NCBI GenBank assembly: GCA_017408985.1
Contig: JAFQTO010000024.1
Location: forward strand, 24,399-48,398
DNA length: 24,000 nucleotides
Origin: Clostridia bacterium
GTDB taxonomy: Bacteria; Bacillota; Clostridia; Oscillospirales; Butyricicoccaceae
Direction: 5' to 3'
How positions within the stretch are numbered: the first letter of the stretch is position 1; each line of letters starts with the position of its first letter. Both the position numbers and the translations under genes were made by a program. The notes under the pieces are model-generated. The model saw only the letters and a program-made list of their open reading frames with translations, was not told the origin of the DNA and did no database searches. Below are positions 1 to 7,889 of the stretch, piece by piece.

Positions 1-41
1 GCGGCGAGCTTGTCAATCTGTGCGCCCAAAAGCTGAGATGA
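1..41 (+). pseudogene. Truncated duplicate of the blaI-family repressor gene; the window starts inside it
   Basis: nt 1-35 are identical to nt 476-510 inside the intact repressor CDS (codons for GELVNLCAQKL). Similarity decays over the next ~15 nt, and the shared frame reaches TGA at 39-41. Confidence 0.55.
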
Positions 42-53
42 AAGCCACCTGCG

Positions 54-320
54 CGGGCAATAGTCACGTATTTTACAATCGGCAGACACCACCGCACGGG
101 CAATAGTCACCGATCTCACAGAACATACTCAGCGTGGAGGAACTTGTGTCGAACACCCGACCGCAGCATTCGGCACAGAGGGACTTGCATTGATAGTCTG
201 ACCGCCGCATTCGGCACAGAGGGACTTGCTTTGAACGCCCGACCGCAGCATTCGGCACAGAAAAATTTCTGTCGAACATCTTACCGCATCATTTCTGTTG
301 AACATCTTACCGCAGTATTT
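54..320. repeat. Degenerate tandem/dispersed repeat array upstream of the repressor promoter
   Basis: A 30-bp unit gaccgcRgcattcggcacagagggacttgc lies at 159-188 and 200-229 (1 mismatch), with a truncated third copy at 241-261 (41-bp period). cgggcaatagtcac occurs at 54-67 and 97-110. gaacatcttaccgca occurs at 274-288 and 300-314 (26-bp period). A small palindrome cagaaa-aat-tttctg lies at ~258-272. Confidence 0.8.
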
Positions 321-335
321 TTTTGACAAAAAGTG

Positions 336-388
336 TTGACAAGCGCGCACTAATGTGTTAGAGTAAAGCTACTCTAATATATTAGAGA
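336..388 (+). promoter_or_regulatory. Sigma-A-type promoter with a palindromic operator for the BlaI-like repressor (probable autoregulation)
   Basis: TTGACA at 336-341, a 17-nt spacer, then TAGAGT at 359-364. A perfect inverted repeat TTAGAGTA-aagc-TACTCTAA at 358-377 overlaps the -10. A third half-site TTAGAGA at 382-388 abuts the RBS GAGGAG. Confidence 0.6.
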
Positions 389-402
389 GGAGCAGACGTG
401 AT

Positions 403-777
403 ATGGAAACACCAAAAGTTTTTGAGAGCGAATACCGTTTTTGCCTTATTCTGTGGGAGCACGAGCCCATAAAAAGCGGCGAGCTTGTCAATCTGTGCGC
501 CCAAAAGCTGGGCTGGAAGCCCACCACCACCTACACGGTCATTAAGCGGCTGGGTGAGAGAGGTGTGCTCAAAAACGAGAACACCGTAGTGACCTCGCTG
601 GTAAGCAAGAGCGAGGTGCAGACCTCACAGATCGACGAGATGGTCGAAAAAACCTTTGAGGGCTCTCTGCCTGCCTTCGTTGCGGCGTTTACCCGACACC
701 GCAGGATATCGGCACGGGAGATAGATGCCGTACAGCAGATGATCGACCGCTACAGAAGGGAGAACGGTGATGACTGA
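403..777 (+). CDS. BlaI/MecI/CopY-family winged-helix transcriptional repressor
   Basis: The 124-aa ORF has the size and N-terminal winged-HTH pattern of penicillinase-repressor-family proteins (ELVNLCAQKLGWKPTTTYTVIKRLGERGVL). Its end overlaps the start of an M56 sensor-protease gene, the classic blaI-blaR1 type arrangement. Confidence 0.85.
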   Translation: METPKVFESEYRFCLILWEHEPIKSGELVNLCAQKLGWKPTTTYTVIKRLGERGVLKNENTVVTSLVSKSEVQTSQIDEMVEKTFEGSLPAFVAAFTRHRRISAREIDAVQQMIDRYRRENGDD

Positions 778-2491
778 CATATTCCTCAAGGTCGTCAATA
801 TGAGCATATCGGCAGGATGGATGGTGCTTGCGGTGGTCATTTTGCGGCTGCTGCTCAAAAAAGCGCCCAAGTTTCTTTCCGTTCTGCTGTGGGCTGTGGT
901 GGCAGTCAGGCTTGTATGCCCGTTTTCTTTGGAGAGCGGCGTGAGTCTTGTTCCAAGCTCCGAGACGGTGGCTCCGGGAATTATGTATGATGATCTTCCG
1001 GCTATTGATTCGGGTATCGATGCGGTCGACAATATCGTTAATCCCATCGTAAGCGGCTCTTTTGCACCAAATCCGGGTGACAGCGCCAACCCGCTTCAGA
1101 TACTCATTCCGCTGCTGTCTGCAGTCTGGGTGGCGGGGACGGTTTTGATGCTGGTCTACACGGCAGTCAGCTGCCTGCGGGTAAAACGCAGTACAGGCAC
1201 AGCCGTTCTTTTACGCGACAATATCTACCGCAGCGATAATCTGTCCTCACCGTTTGTGTTCGGTATCATCAGACCCCGTATATATCTGCCCGTTAACATA
1301 GACGGCGGGGATATGGAACACGTTATTGCCCACGAGAAAGCCCACATCCGCCGCAAAGACCATCTATGGAAACCGCTGGGATTTCTGATATTGGCCGTGC
1401 ATTGGTTCAATCCGCTGATATGGTTGGCATACGCCCTGCTTTGCCGTGATATCGAGCTTGCCTGCGACGAAAAGGTGGTAAAAGAGTTGAACAGCCGACA
1501 AAAAGCCGACTATTCTCAGGCACTTTTGACCTGCAGCGTAAACAGACGCGGTATCGCCGCCTGCCCTTTGGCTTTTGGCGAGATCGGCGTAAAAGGAAGG
1601 GTAAAACAGGTGCTGAGCTACAAAAAGCCGACCTTTTGGCTGATTGCGGCAGCGGTTATCGTATGCGTGATCTTTGCGGTGTGCTTCCTTACCGACCCCA
1701 AGAGCGACACCGTGCCGCCCGATGCCCCCGTGATGATCGTTGTCAGCAACGAACAGAGCATAGAGGTCAAAGCAGGAGAGGCATATCCGGACAGGGTAAG
1801 GAAATTAAACGTCAAAATAGGCGAGTCAAAGGGCGTCGCTCTGCCCAAAATAGATATCGTGCCGGCATACTTCAGCAATCTCGATCCGCTGTCTGCGCTG
1901 ATAAGCTTCAATATAGAGAGCGGCGACCCAACCCGTACAACAACCCCCGATGAGATGTATGTGGTATGCTGGCCAAACGGATACAGACCCTCAAATGAAG
2001 ATGGTCAGGATGAGTCCGTACCGGTCAAAGTGGTCAATGGGAATATGTATATTACGCTGTTTGATTCAAGCTGTGTGTATGAGGTAGTTGCCACATGGAA
2101 TGGCAGCGATGGCAGAAACGACACTTTGCGGTATACATTCTATGCTTATAAAAACAGTATGAACTTCAGCTTTTCCGCTGCCGCCGTTATTGAGATAATC
2201 GCGCTGGGCAAAGGCGGCTTCTGCCAGATCACCGATGACGACGTAATAGCCAAAATAGTTGACAAGATCAACTATGCAAAGTTTTATCCCGGCAAAATCG
2301 GTGAGTTTGAGGACAACGCCTATGAGATGAAGTTCTATGACCGTCACGCCCAACTGATAGACAAGATAATTATGATGTCCGATCGGGAGATACTCTACGG
2401 CGAGGACACCGTCAACTATATTACCGCTCCCAAATACTCTCTCGGCTACGACTATATAGACCGCCTCTACAAGCAGGCCAATCCGCAGTAA
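770..2491 (+). CDS. BlaR1/MecR1-like M56-family membrane metalloprotease/signal transducer with an unrelated extracytoplasmic C-terminal domain
   Basis: There are N-terminal TM helices, the zinc motif HEKAH in VIAHEKAHIRRKDHLWKP, and a later TM segment FWLIAAAVIVCVIFAVCFL followed by ~260 aa. Start: ATG at 770 sits 6 nt after GGAGA; GTG at 767 is also possible. The gene overlaps the repressor stop (775-777). Confidence 0.85.
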   Translation: MTDIFLKVVNMSISAGWMVLAVVILRLLLKKAPKFLSVLLWAVVAVRLVCPFSLESGVSLVPSSETVAPGIMYDDLPAIDSGIDAVDNIVNPIVSGSFAPNPGDSANPLQILIPLLSAVWVAGTVLMLVYTAVSCLRVKRSTGTAVLLRDNIYRSDNLSSPFVFGIIRPRIYLPVNIDGGDMEHVIAHEKAHIRRKDHLWKPLGFLILAVHWFNPLIWLAYALLCRDIELACDEKVVKELNSRQKADYSQALLTCSVNRRGIAACPLAFGEIGVKGRVKQVLSYKKPTFWLIAAAVIVCVIFAVCFLTDPKSDTVPPDAPVMIVVSNEQSIEVKAGEAYPDRVRKLNVKIGESKGVALPKIDIVPAYFSNLDPLSALISFNIESGDPTRTTTPDEMYVVCWPNGYRPSNEDGQDESVPVKVVNGNMYITLFDSSCVYEVVATWNGSDGRNDTLRYTFYAYKNSMNFSFSAAAVIEIIALGKGGFCQITDDDVIAKIVDKINYAKFYPGKIGEFEDNAYEMKFYDRHAQLIDKIIMMSDREILYGEDTVNYITAPKYSLGYDYIDRLYKQANPQ

Positions 2492-2496
2492 AAAAT

Positions 2497-2531
2497 AACA
2501 GCACCGCAGGCCATTTGCCTGCGGTGCTGTT
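2497..2531. terminator. 15-bp perfect hairpin between convergent genes
   Basis: aacagcaccgcaggc (2497-2511), loop cattt, gcctgcggtgctgtt (2517-2531). On the minus strand it is followed by auuuuuu, so it fits a terminator for the peptidase gene. It sits 6 nt after the + strand gene stop. Confidence 0.7.
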
Positions 2532-2644
2532 GATCTGTCGGGGATTTTAAGCTGCCAAAACATAAAATCGAGTAGTTGGGTGCTGAAGTCTTTGGGGATT
2601 ACCCATTTTGCACCGCAAAACGGTGACAAAAGAGCGACGTTCTT

Positions 2645-4327
2645 TTACAGGCCGAGTTCTTCAAATATAGGTGCCAGAATCTCTTTTACAGAGCCATCCT
2701 GCAGGGTATTGTGAAGGTTGTGGCGTTCAATAACCTCTGAGTAGCCTGCGGAACCGCCTACCTGACAGAGCTTGTAGTAGTTTTCCCATGCCGCTTTGCG
2801 GTCTGTGCGCATCTGTGCATAGAACTCGAACGCAGCGAGCTGCGCCATGGCATAATCTATGAAGTAGAAGGGATAGAGGAAAATATGCTGGTTTTGCATC
2901 CAGTAACCGCCCTGCTCCATAAACTCGTTTCCGTCATATGTTCTCCACGGCATATATGTGCGCTCGATCTCACGCCATACAGCTTTCCGCGCCTCAGGAG
3001 TCATATCAGGATTTTGGTATACTCTGTGCTGGAACTCGTCTATGCTGACACGGTACGGAATCCGCATGAGCGCATTGACGATGTTATTTTCTCTGTATTC
3101 GTCTGCTCTGTCGCCAAAGAAGCTTTCCAGCCACGGGAATGTCCAGAATTCCATGCTCATGGAATGTATCTCAGCGATCTCGTTTACAGGGCTGCAACGT
3201 TGCAGTGTTTTCCGGACCTTTGATGCCGTGTAGTAGGCGAATGCGTGACCCGCCTCATGTGTGAGAGCGCTCACGTCTGCATCTGTACCGTTGAAGTTGG
3301 CAAAAATGAAGGGCGCACGGTATGCCTGCAGGAATCTGCAGTAGCCGCCGGTTCGTTTGCCCGGTTTTGTTACCAGATCAAACAGGTCATAGTCTACCAT
3401 AAAGTCGAAGAACTCGCCCGTTTCCGGAGACAGTTCACGGTACATTTCCTGTGCCTTCGCCACCATGTAGTCGCGGTCACCGATGGGTGTCGGATTGCCG
3501 TTGGGGCTGAAAACAGACTCGTCGTAGAAACAGAACTTCTCAACTCCAAGTCTTTCCCGCTGTCTCTCGGCCAACTTTGCACAAGCTGGAACGATCACTT
3601 CGCGTACCTGCTTACGGAATACTTCAAGCTGCTCGGGTGTATAATCATATTTACGGCGTGTTAAGTAACCCATAGGTGTGTAACCGTCAAAGCCAAGCTT
3701 TTTCGCCATACAGTCGCGGGTTTTCACCACCTCTGAGTAGATTTCATCGATCTTCGGAGCAATGGACTCATAGAGAGCCGCCCATGCCTCAAATGCGCCT
3801 TTGCGAATCTCACGATCGGAGCTCTTCATATATTTTAAGAGCTTGGGGGTGGAGCACTTTTCGCCGTTAAACTCGATGGAAGCCGACGCGACGGTTTTGG
3901 AGTAGAGGCTTGCAAGGGTTGCCTCTTTTGCCAGATCATCCACAACCGCTTCACCGGATAAAAGCAGCTTTGCTTCGATATCCTTAATCAAAAATGATCC
4001 GAACTCTTCTTCAAATTCCTTTTTGAAAGGAGAGTTCAAAATCACGGTTCTCAGTTCTTTTGTAGCGATACTGTAGCGCGGCATCTGCGTATTGAAGAAT
4101 GCATTTTCTGCGGTATAGAACTCGTCAAGCATATCAACCGTGTGACGCATATAAACCAGCTGCTGCAATGTTACCAGCTCGGTATCGGTCTGCTCATAAT
4201 CCATGTATGCACTTCTGAACTCTTCATAGGTTTTTGCGGTTTTCAGACTTTGGATGGCAGCCTTAACGCTGTCCAGCACTTTGTCCATATCCGGACGAAC
4301 GTACGGAATATCTACGAATTTTACCAT
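2645..4327 (-). CDS. M3-family oligoendopeptidase (PepF-like)
   Basis: The long ORF carries the HEAGHAF zinc motif and M3B-like length. The start is placed at the internal ATG (4327, MVKFVDIPY...), preceded by AAGGGGA. The ORF-track start at 4366 lacks an RBS. Confidence 0.85.
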   Translation of the reverse strand: MVKFVDIPYVRPDMDKVLDSVKAAIQSLKTAKTYEEFRSAYMDYEQTDTELVTLQQLVYMRHTVDMLDEFYTAENAFFNTQMPRYSIATKELRTVILNSPFKKEFEEEFGSFLIKDIEAKLLLSGEAVVDDLAKEATLASLYSKTVASASIEFNGEKCSTPKLLKYMKSSDREIRKGAFEAWAALYESIAPKIDEIYSEVVKTRDCMAKKLGFDGYTPMGYLTRRKYDYTPEQLEVFRKQVREVIVPACAKLAERQRERLGVEKFCFYDESVFSPNGNPTPIGDRDYMVAKAQEMYRELSPETGEFFDFMVDYDLFDLVTKPGKRTGGYCRFLQAYRAPFIFANFNGTDADVSALTHEAGHAFAYYTASKVRKTLQRCSPVNEIAEIHSMSMEFWTFPWLESFFGDRADEYRENNIVNALMRIPYRVSIDEFQHRVYQNPDMTPEARKAVWREIERTYMPWRTYDGNEFMEQGGYWMQNQHIFLYPFYFIDYAMAQLAAFEFYAQMRTDRKAAWENYYKLCQVGGSAGYSEVIERHNLHNTLQDGSVKEILAPIFEELGL

Positions 4328-4397
4328 AGTATGATTTTCCCCTTTTCGAGTTGCTGTGTGTAACAAAAATAGCTACTAAATAAAATATAAACGAAAA

Positions 4398-4437
4398 AGC
4401 TCCGACTTTCAAGCATTTCTGATTGAACATCGGAGCT
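4398..4437 (-). terminator. Intrinsic terminator downstream of the Fe-S gene pair
   Basis: Outer stem agctccga (4398-4405) / tcggagct (4430-4437) with inner pairing ttcaa/ttgaa. On the minus strand it is followed by uuuucguuua. Confidence 0.55.
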
Positions 4438-4575
4438 CTTTTGGTAGAAATAGGGGGATATTTTCGCACCTCTCAGCGTACTGCGCTTCGCAGCAGATGC
4501 AGCAGGGATTTATGGCATTTTAGCGCGTTTGACGGCTTCTGAGGGGCGTGATCACGACGTTTTTGCCGATCGGTC

Positions 4576-5697
4576 TTATTCGCCCTGAGGCTTTTTGTAC
4601 TCGTTCTTTCTGATGCCGGGGAAGTGCTCGTCCAGATACTCCTCGCGGTAGGGGTTGACGCCGTCGGGTTCTTTTGCGGGGTGGAGAGGCAGCGCCCAGC
4701 GCTCGCGCTTAAAGTAAGGATTCTCAAAATGCGCCTCGCACCTGCCGCTCTTTTCCATCACGTCCATGCAGGAGCGGATACAGCCGCGTGCGCCGCAGAT
4801 GGCAAAATATCCGGTGTGGTCGATGATGTAGTTATAGTAGTCCATAACGGCGTGAGAGCCGGGTTTGCGGCCCCACTTTGCGCCTGCCAGCGAGTAGGAG
4901 AAAATGTATGCCTCCTCCTCGGTCATCTGGCTGGAGCGGACGTCGAATGCCATATTGGGGAACTCTTTTTTCAGGAAGGGCGAGCACTCGTTGTTCATGC
5001 CGTGGTGGGACAGGGTGCATCTGCCCATCTGCACGTCGCCGAAGTATACCTGCTTCTCGCCGAAATCTATGTACAGACGTGCGTTTTCGTCCTTGGGATC
5101 GGGGATAGCGCCGCCGGGACAGCCGCGGGCGCAGGCGCCGCAGTGCAGGCACAGAGTACCGGTATCAAGGATGGGATCGGTCTCAAGCTCGGCATCGGTG
5201 AATATCAGTCCCAGACGGACGCGGGGGCCGTATTTTTTGGTCAAAAAAACCTTTGACCAGCCGATCTCGCCCAGACCGCAGCCTGCGGCGATCATTCGGA
5301 TGCTGCAGACCACGTCGGGGGGCAGCTTGCCCTCTGCCACAGGTTTTTTGGTAGTGCCGTTGCCCTCGGGCACGGCGGGGTAGTGTGCCACGGCCTCGTA
5401 GCCGTGATCCTCAATGAAGCAGGCAAGCTGATAGGTCTTGATGGGACGGAAGAATGCGTTGAGCTTGTTGTAGGAGTAGAATGTATAGTTGTGCCAGTGT
5501 GTGCCTTCTTCTATACCGCGGTTGGCGCCGCGTGGAAAGGGCATTGCAATGGCGATGACCGACTTGGCCTTGGGGAAGTAGGAGATAGGGCTCATCAGCG
5601 CGGGGGCATTCTTGAATCGCTCAATGTTGCCTATGGCGATGCAGTCGATACCCAGCTCACGTGCCCTGTCCTTTATCATTTGGGCAGTCAGAGCCAT
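4576..5697 (-). CDS. QueG/RdhA-superfamily-like iron-sulfur protein (paralog 2 of a tandem pair)
   Basis: The N-terminus resembles epoxyqueuosine reductase / reductive dehalogenase cores (RELGIDCIAIGNIERF; PKAKSVIAIAMPFP; GLGEIGWSKVFLTKKYGPRVRLGLIFTDAELETD). Ferredoxin motif CLHCGACARGCPGG plus a distal CGARGCIRSC. Start ATG at 5697 lies 1 nt after the upstream gene stop. Confidence 0.6.
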   Translation of the reverse strand: MALTAQMIKDRARELGIDCIAIGNIERFKNAPALMSPISYFPKAKSVIAIAMPFPRGANRGIEEGTHWHNYTFYSYNKLNAFFRPIKTYQLACFIEDHGYEAVAHYPAVPEGNGTTKKPVAEGKLPPDVVCSIRMIAAGCGLGEIGWSKVFLTKKYGPRVRLGLIFTDAELETDPILDTGTLCLHCGACARGCPGGAIPDPKDENARLYIDFGEKQVYFGDVQMGRCTLSHHGMNNECSPFLKKEFPNMAFDVRSSQMTEEEAYIFSYSLAGAKWGRKPGSHAVMDYYNYIIDHTGYFAICGARGCIRSCMDVMEKSGRCEAHFENPYFKRERWALPLHPAKEPDGVNPYREEYLDEHFPGIRKNEYKKPQGE

Positions 5698-5698
5698 A

Positions 5699-6616
5699 TC
5701 AGTGACCTCTCTTTCCGGTCTTGGAGAAGCAGCCGCCAAGCACGTTGGCCTGCTCGTCCGAGCGGTCGACCTTCTGATCTCTGCCGCCGATGCTCCATAC
5801 TTCGCTTGTGCGGAAGGGATTATTAAACCGATTGGTCAGCGCCTTTCGCTCTTCCAGCGAGCACATGCAGGTGCGGTTGCACAGTGCGGCGACTCTGTCG
5901 GGCTTGCCGCTCTCAATGAATCTGTTGACAACGGCGCCGTTCTGGCAGATGCGGCACTTGTTGTAATCGATCTTGGCGATCTCAAAGCTCCTGCCGCAGA
6001 TGGTCACGGTCTCTGTCTCGGTGTCGCTGATGGCGCCCATGGGGCATGCGTCCATGCAGGCGGTGCAGCCGGTGCAGACGTCCATGTCAAGCAGGGGAGT
6101 GGGCTCAAGCTCGGCATCGGTCAGCAGCATGTGGAAGCGCTGACGGGAACCAAACTCGCGGGAGAAGGGGATGCCGTTGCGGGAAATAACACACAGACCG
6201 CAGGCAACGGCGGCGTAGTCAAAATCGGGATATACGTTGGGAGCGGGTCTGCCCTCGGCAACAGAAACACCCTGAGGCGCCTGATCGCTGGGGTTGGGGA
6301 ATACGGGCACGGCCTCATAGCCGAAGCCCTCAATAAAGTTGGACAGATTGTAGGCGGACAGAGAGATGAACTCGTCCTCCAGCCAGTTCTTGCCGAACAG
6401 CTGATAGTCGCCGAAGTTGGTGCCTTCTTCGACACCGCGCAGAGAGCCGCGGCAGATGCGCTTGCCGATGAGGATGACCGTCTTTGCCTCGGGGAAGATG
6501 GAAAAAGGATTGATGCGTGCATCCACTCCCTCAAAACGGGAACGGTCGGCAAAGCCGATCAGATCAACGCCGTCGGCTTTGGCAAAGTTTATGATCTTTT
6601 GTTTCAGTTCGTTCAT
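5699..6616 (-). CDS. QueG/RdhA-superfamily-like iron-sulfur protein (paralog 1 of a tandem pair)
   Basis: Same architecture as its neighbour (FAKADGVDLIGFADRSRF; PEAKTVILIGKRI; CTGCTACMDACPMGAI; CRICQNG; CNRTCMC). The start is placed at ATG 6616 (MNELKQKI...), preceded by AGAGGGG. Confidence 0.6.
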   Translation of the reverse strand: MNELKQKIINFAKADGVDLIGFADRSRFEGVDARINPFSIFPEAKTVILIGKRICRGSLRGVEEGTNFGDYQLFGKNWLEDEFISLSAYNLSNFIEGFGYEAVPVFPNPSDQAPQGVSVAEGRPAPNVYPDFDYAAVACGLCVISRNGIPFSREFGSRQRFHMLLTDAELEPTPLLDMDVCTGCTACMDACPMGAISDTETETVTICGRSFEIAKIDYNKCRICQNGAVVNRFIESGKPDRVAALCNRTCMCSLEERKALTNRFNNPFRTSEVWSIGGRDQKVDRSDEQANVLGGCFSKTGKRGH

Positions 6617-6793
6617 TGTGTATACCCCTCTGTTTTCAGGATTATGTTTGTTTGTGTCGGTGTATTGCGCCACACCAATTATATTATAGAACTCTCACCC
6701 CGCCCGCACACACTCACAAAACAACGCAAAAGGTGGACTTTTCGGTGTTGAAAAGCCTGAAAAAGTGTGGTATATTTGACAAGAGGTGGAAAA

Positions 6794-7543
6794 ATGCTTT
6801 ATGAATGCAAAAACCCCGCACAGTTCATCGTCGGCGTGGAGCGGGTTGTGTGGGAGGGCGGAAGCTTTGAGGTCGAGCCGAGAGAATACTCCTCGCTGGC
6901 TTTTAGAATGGGCGGCACGTCGGCGGTAACGGTGGGCGAAAAAACCTACTGCGCAGGAAGCGGCGACATTCTGTACCTGCCTCAAGGACTGCCCTACCGA
7001 GCCGAATATACAGATACCGATATGCTGGCCATACATTTTGTCACCGCGTCCGATGACATCGAGCCCGAAATATACACCCCCCGCAACGCCGAGCAGATAT
7101 ACAAAGCCTTCATCGCCGCACACACCCTGTGGCAGAACAAAGCGCTGGGTCACGAGGCGCACGTGCTGTCTCAGCTCTATTATATCCTGGGCGAGCTGTG
7201 CGCCAACGAGCTGAAAAACCGTATGCCCGAGCATTTTATAAACGCACTGTCGTATATCAATACAAACTATCGGGATCAGGATCTGTCGGTGGAAAAGATC
7301 TGCAAAAACGCCGCCATAAGTCAGACCGATCTGCGTATGCTGTTCCGCAAATATTGCCAAAAAACACCGGTGCAGTATATCACCCGCCTGCGTCTGGAAT
7401 ACGCCCGCAATCTCATATCCTGCGGCGAGGCGGTGGAGACAGCCGCCGAAAAAAGCGGCTACAGCGACCCAAAATACTTTGCCCGCGTGGTCAAAAAACA
7501 CTATAACTGCACCCCTCGCGACCTGAAAACCTACGGCAAATAA
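6794..7543 (+). CDS. AraC-family transcriptional regulator (cupin-like N-domain plus double HTH)
   Basis: The C-terminus has AraC signatures TPVQYITRLRLEYARNLI and GYSDPKYFARVVKKHYNCTPRD. Start ATG at 6794 follows AGAGGTGG. It is divergent from the Fe-S gene pair. Confidence 0.9.
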   Translation: MLYECKNPAQFIVGVERVVWEGGSFEVEPREYSSLAFRMGGTSAVTVGEKTYCAGSGDILYLPQGLPYRAEYTDTDMLAIHFVTASDDIEPEIYTPRNAEQIYKAFIAAHTLWQNKALGHEAHVLSQLYYILGELCANELKNRMPEHFINALSYINTNYRDQDLSVEKICKNAAISQTDLRMLFRKYCQKTPVQYITRLRLEYARNLISCGEAVETAAEKSGYSDPKYFARVVKKHYNCTPRDLKTYGK

Positions 7544-7612
7544 TCTCATATGAGCTGCCCGCAAGGCTCCCCGTCCTGCCTCCCTTGCCTAAATAGGGCG
7601 CGACGCGTTAAG

Positions 7613-7636
7613 AAAATATGCCGGTGGCATATTTTT
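7613..7636. terminator. A/T-flanked 10-bp hairpin downstream of the AraC gene
   Basis: aaaatatgcc-ggt-ggcatatttt, followed by one more T. Confidence 0.45.
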
Positions 7637-7645
7637 AGCCAAAGC

Positions 7646-7737
7646 GGGGAGCAATCTGTGATTGCGACCGGCGGACCAACCGCAGATTGGTGGAGGGATA
7701 CAAGGGGAGCTGTCATTTTGCAAAAATGACTGAGGGG
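7646..7737 (-). repeat. Two adjacent copies of an intergenic motif-hairpin-motif element
   Basis: Read on the minus strand: CCCCTCAGTCATTTT-tgc-AAAATGACAGCTCCCC (7702-7737) and CCCTCCACCAATCTG-24 nt-CAGATTGCTCCCC (7646-7697). The flanks match a copy at 15063-15102. Confidence 0.6.
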
Positions 7738-7750
7738 ATATAGAGGAATA

Positions 7751-7759
7751 TGGTATAAT
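7751..7759 (+). promoter_or_regulatory. Candidate extended -10 promoter (TGgTATAAT) with no downstream CDS
   Basis: TGGTATAAT at 7751-7759; there is no convincing -35. About 90 nt downstream lies a strong hairpin with a plus-strand U-tract (7848-7895). Confidence 0.35.
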
Positions 7760-7847
7760 AAGATAAAAGCCGCTTAAACCCGCATGAACACTGGGGCTTT
7801 TGCTGATTTTTCCGGGACGCAGTTTACACAAAAGACAATCTTTACAT

Positions 7848-7882
7848 AGCAAAAGCGGGGTGAATCTCACCTCGCTTTTGCT
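7848..7882. terminator. 16-bp hairpin at the left edge of the AT-rich island
   Basis: agcaaaagcggggtga-atc-tcacctcgcttttgct (one G:U/mismatch), followed on the plus strand by tttaatgttatttt. It lies 8 nt beyond the stop of the minus-strand S-subunit gene. Confidence 0.65.
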
Positions 7883-7889
7883 TTTAATG

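Noticed and set aside
150-320. Possible CRISPR array, suggested by the repeated 30-bp units
   Set aside because: The period is only 41 bp, which leaves ~11-bp spacers. There are only 2.7 copies, neighbouring repeat types are interleaved, and no cas genes are present. This is a degenerate tandem repeat, not a CRISPR array.
2066-2629. A 187-aa minus-strand ORF overlapping the 3-prime end of the BlaR1-like gene and the terminator
   Set aside because: It is antisense to a well-supported CDS, crosses the 15-bp terminator hairpin, and has no motifs or RBS.
4440-4575. The untranslated 135-bp stretch between the Fe-S gene stop and its terminator, considered as a possible small gene or riboswitch
   Set aside because: It has no ORF with an RBS and no conserved riboswitch motif that I can recognise. 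It contains only a degenerate relative of the intergenic C-rich element.
7784-7849. A 21-codon ORF (MNTGAFADFSGTQFTQKTIFT) inside the candidate sRNA
   Set aside because: There is no Shine-Dalgarno sequence upstream and no recognisable peptide family. It is kept only as a note under the sRNA hypothesis.
7589-7870. A 93-aa minus-strand ORF in the araC-to-RM intergenic region, and the 79-aa and 71-aa ORFs at 14895-15150
   Set aside because: They have no RBS, run straight through repeat/hairpin elements and terminators, and their translations are Pro/Ser/Leu-rich products of the C-rich repeat flanks. I treat them as spurious.
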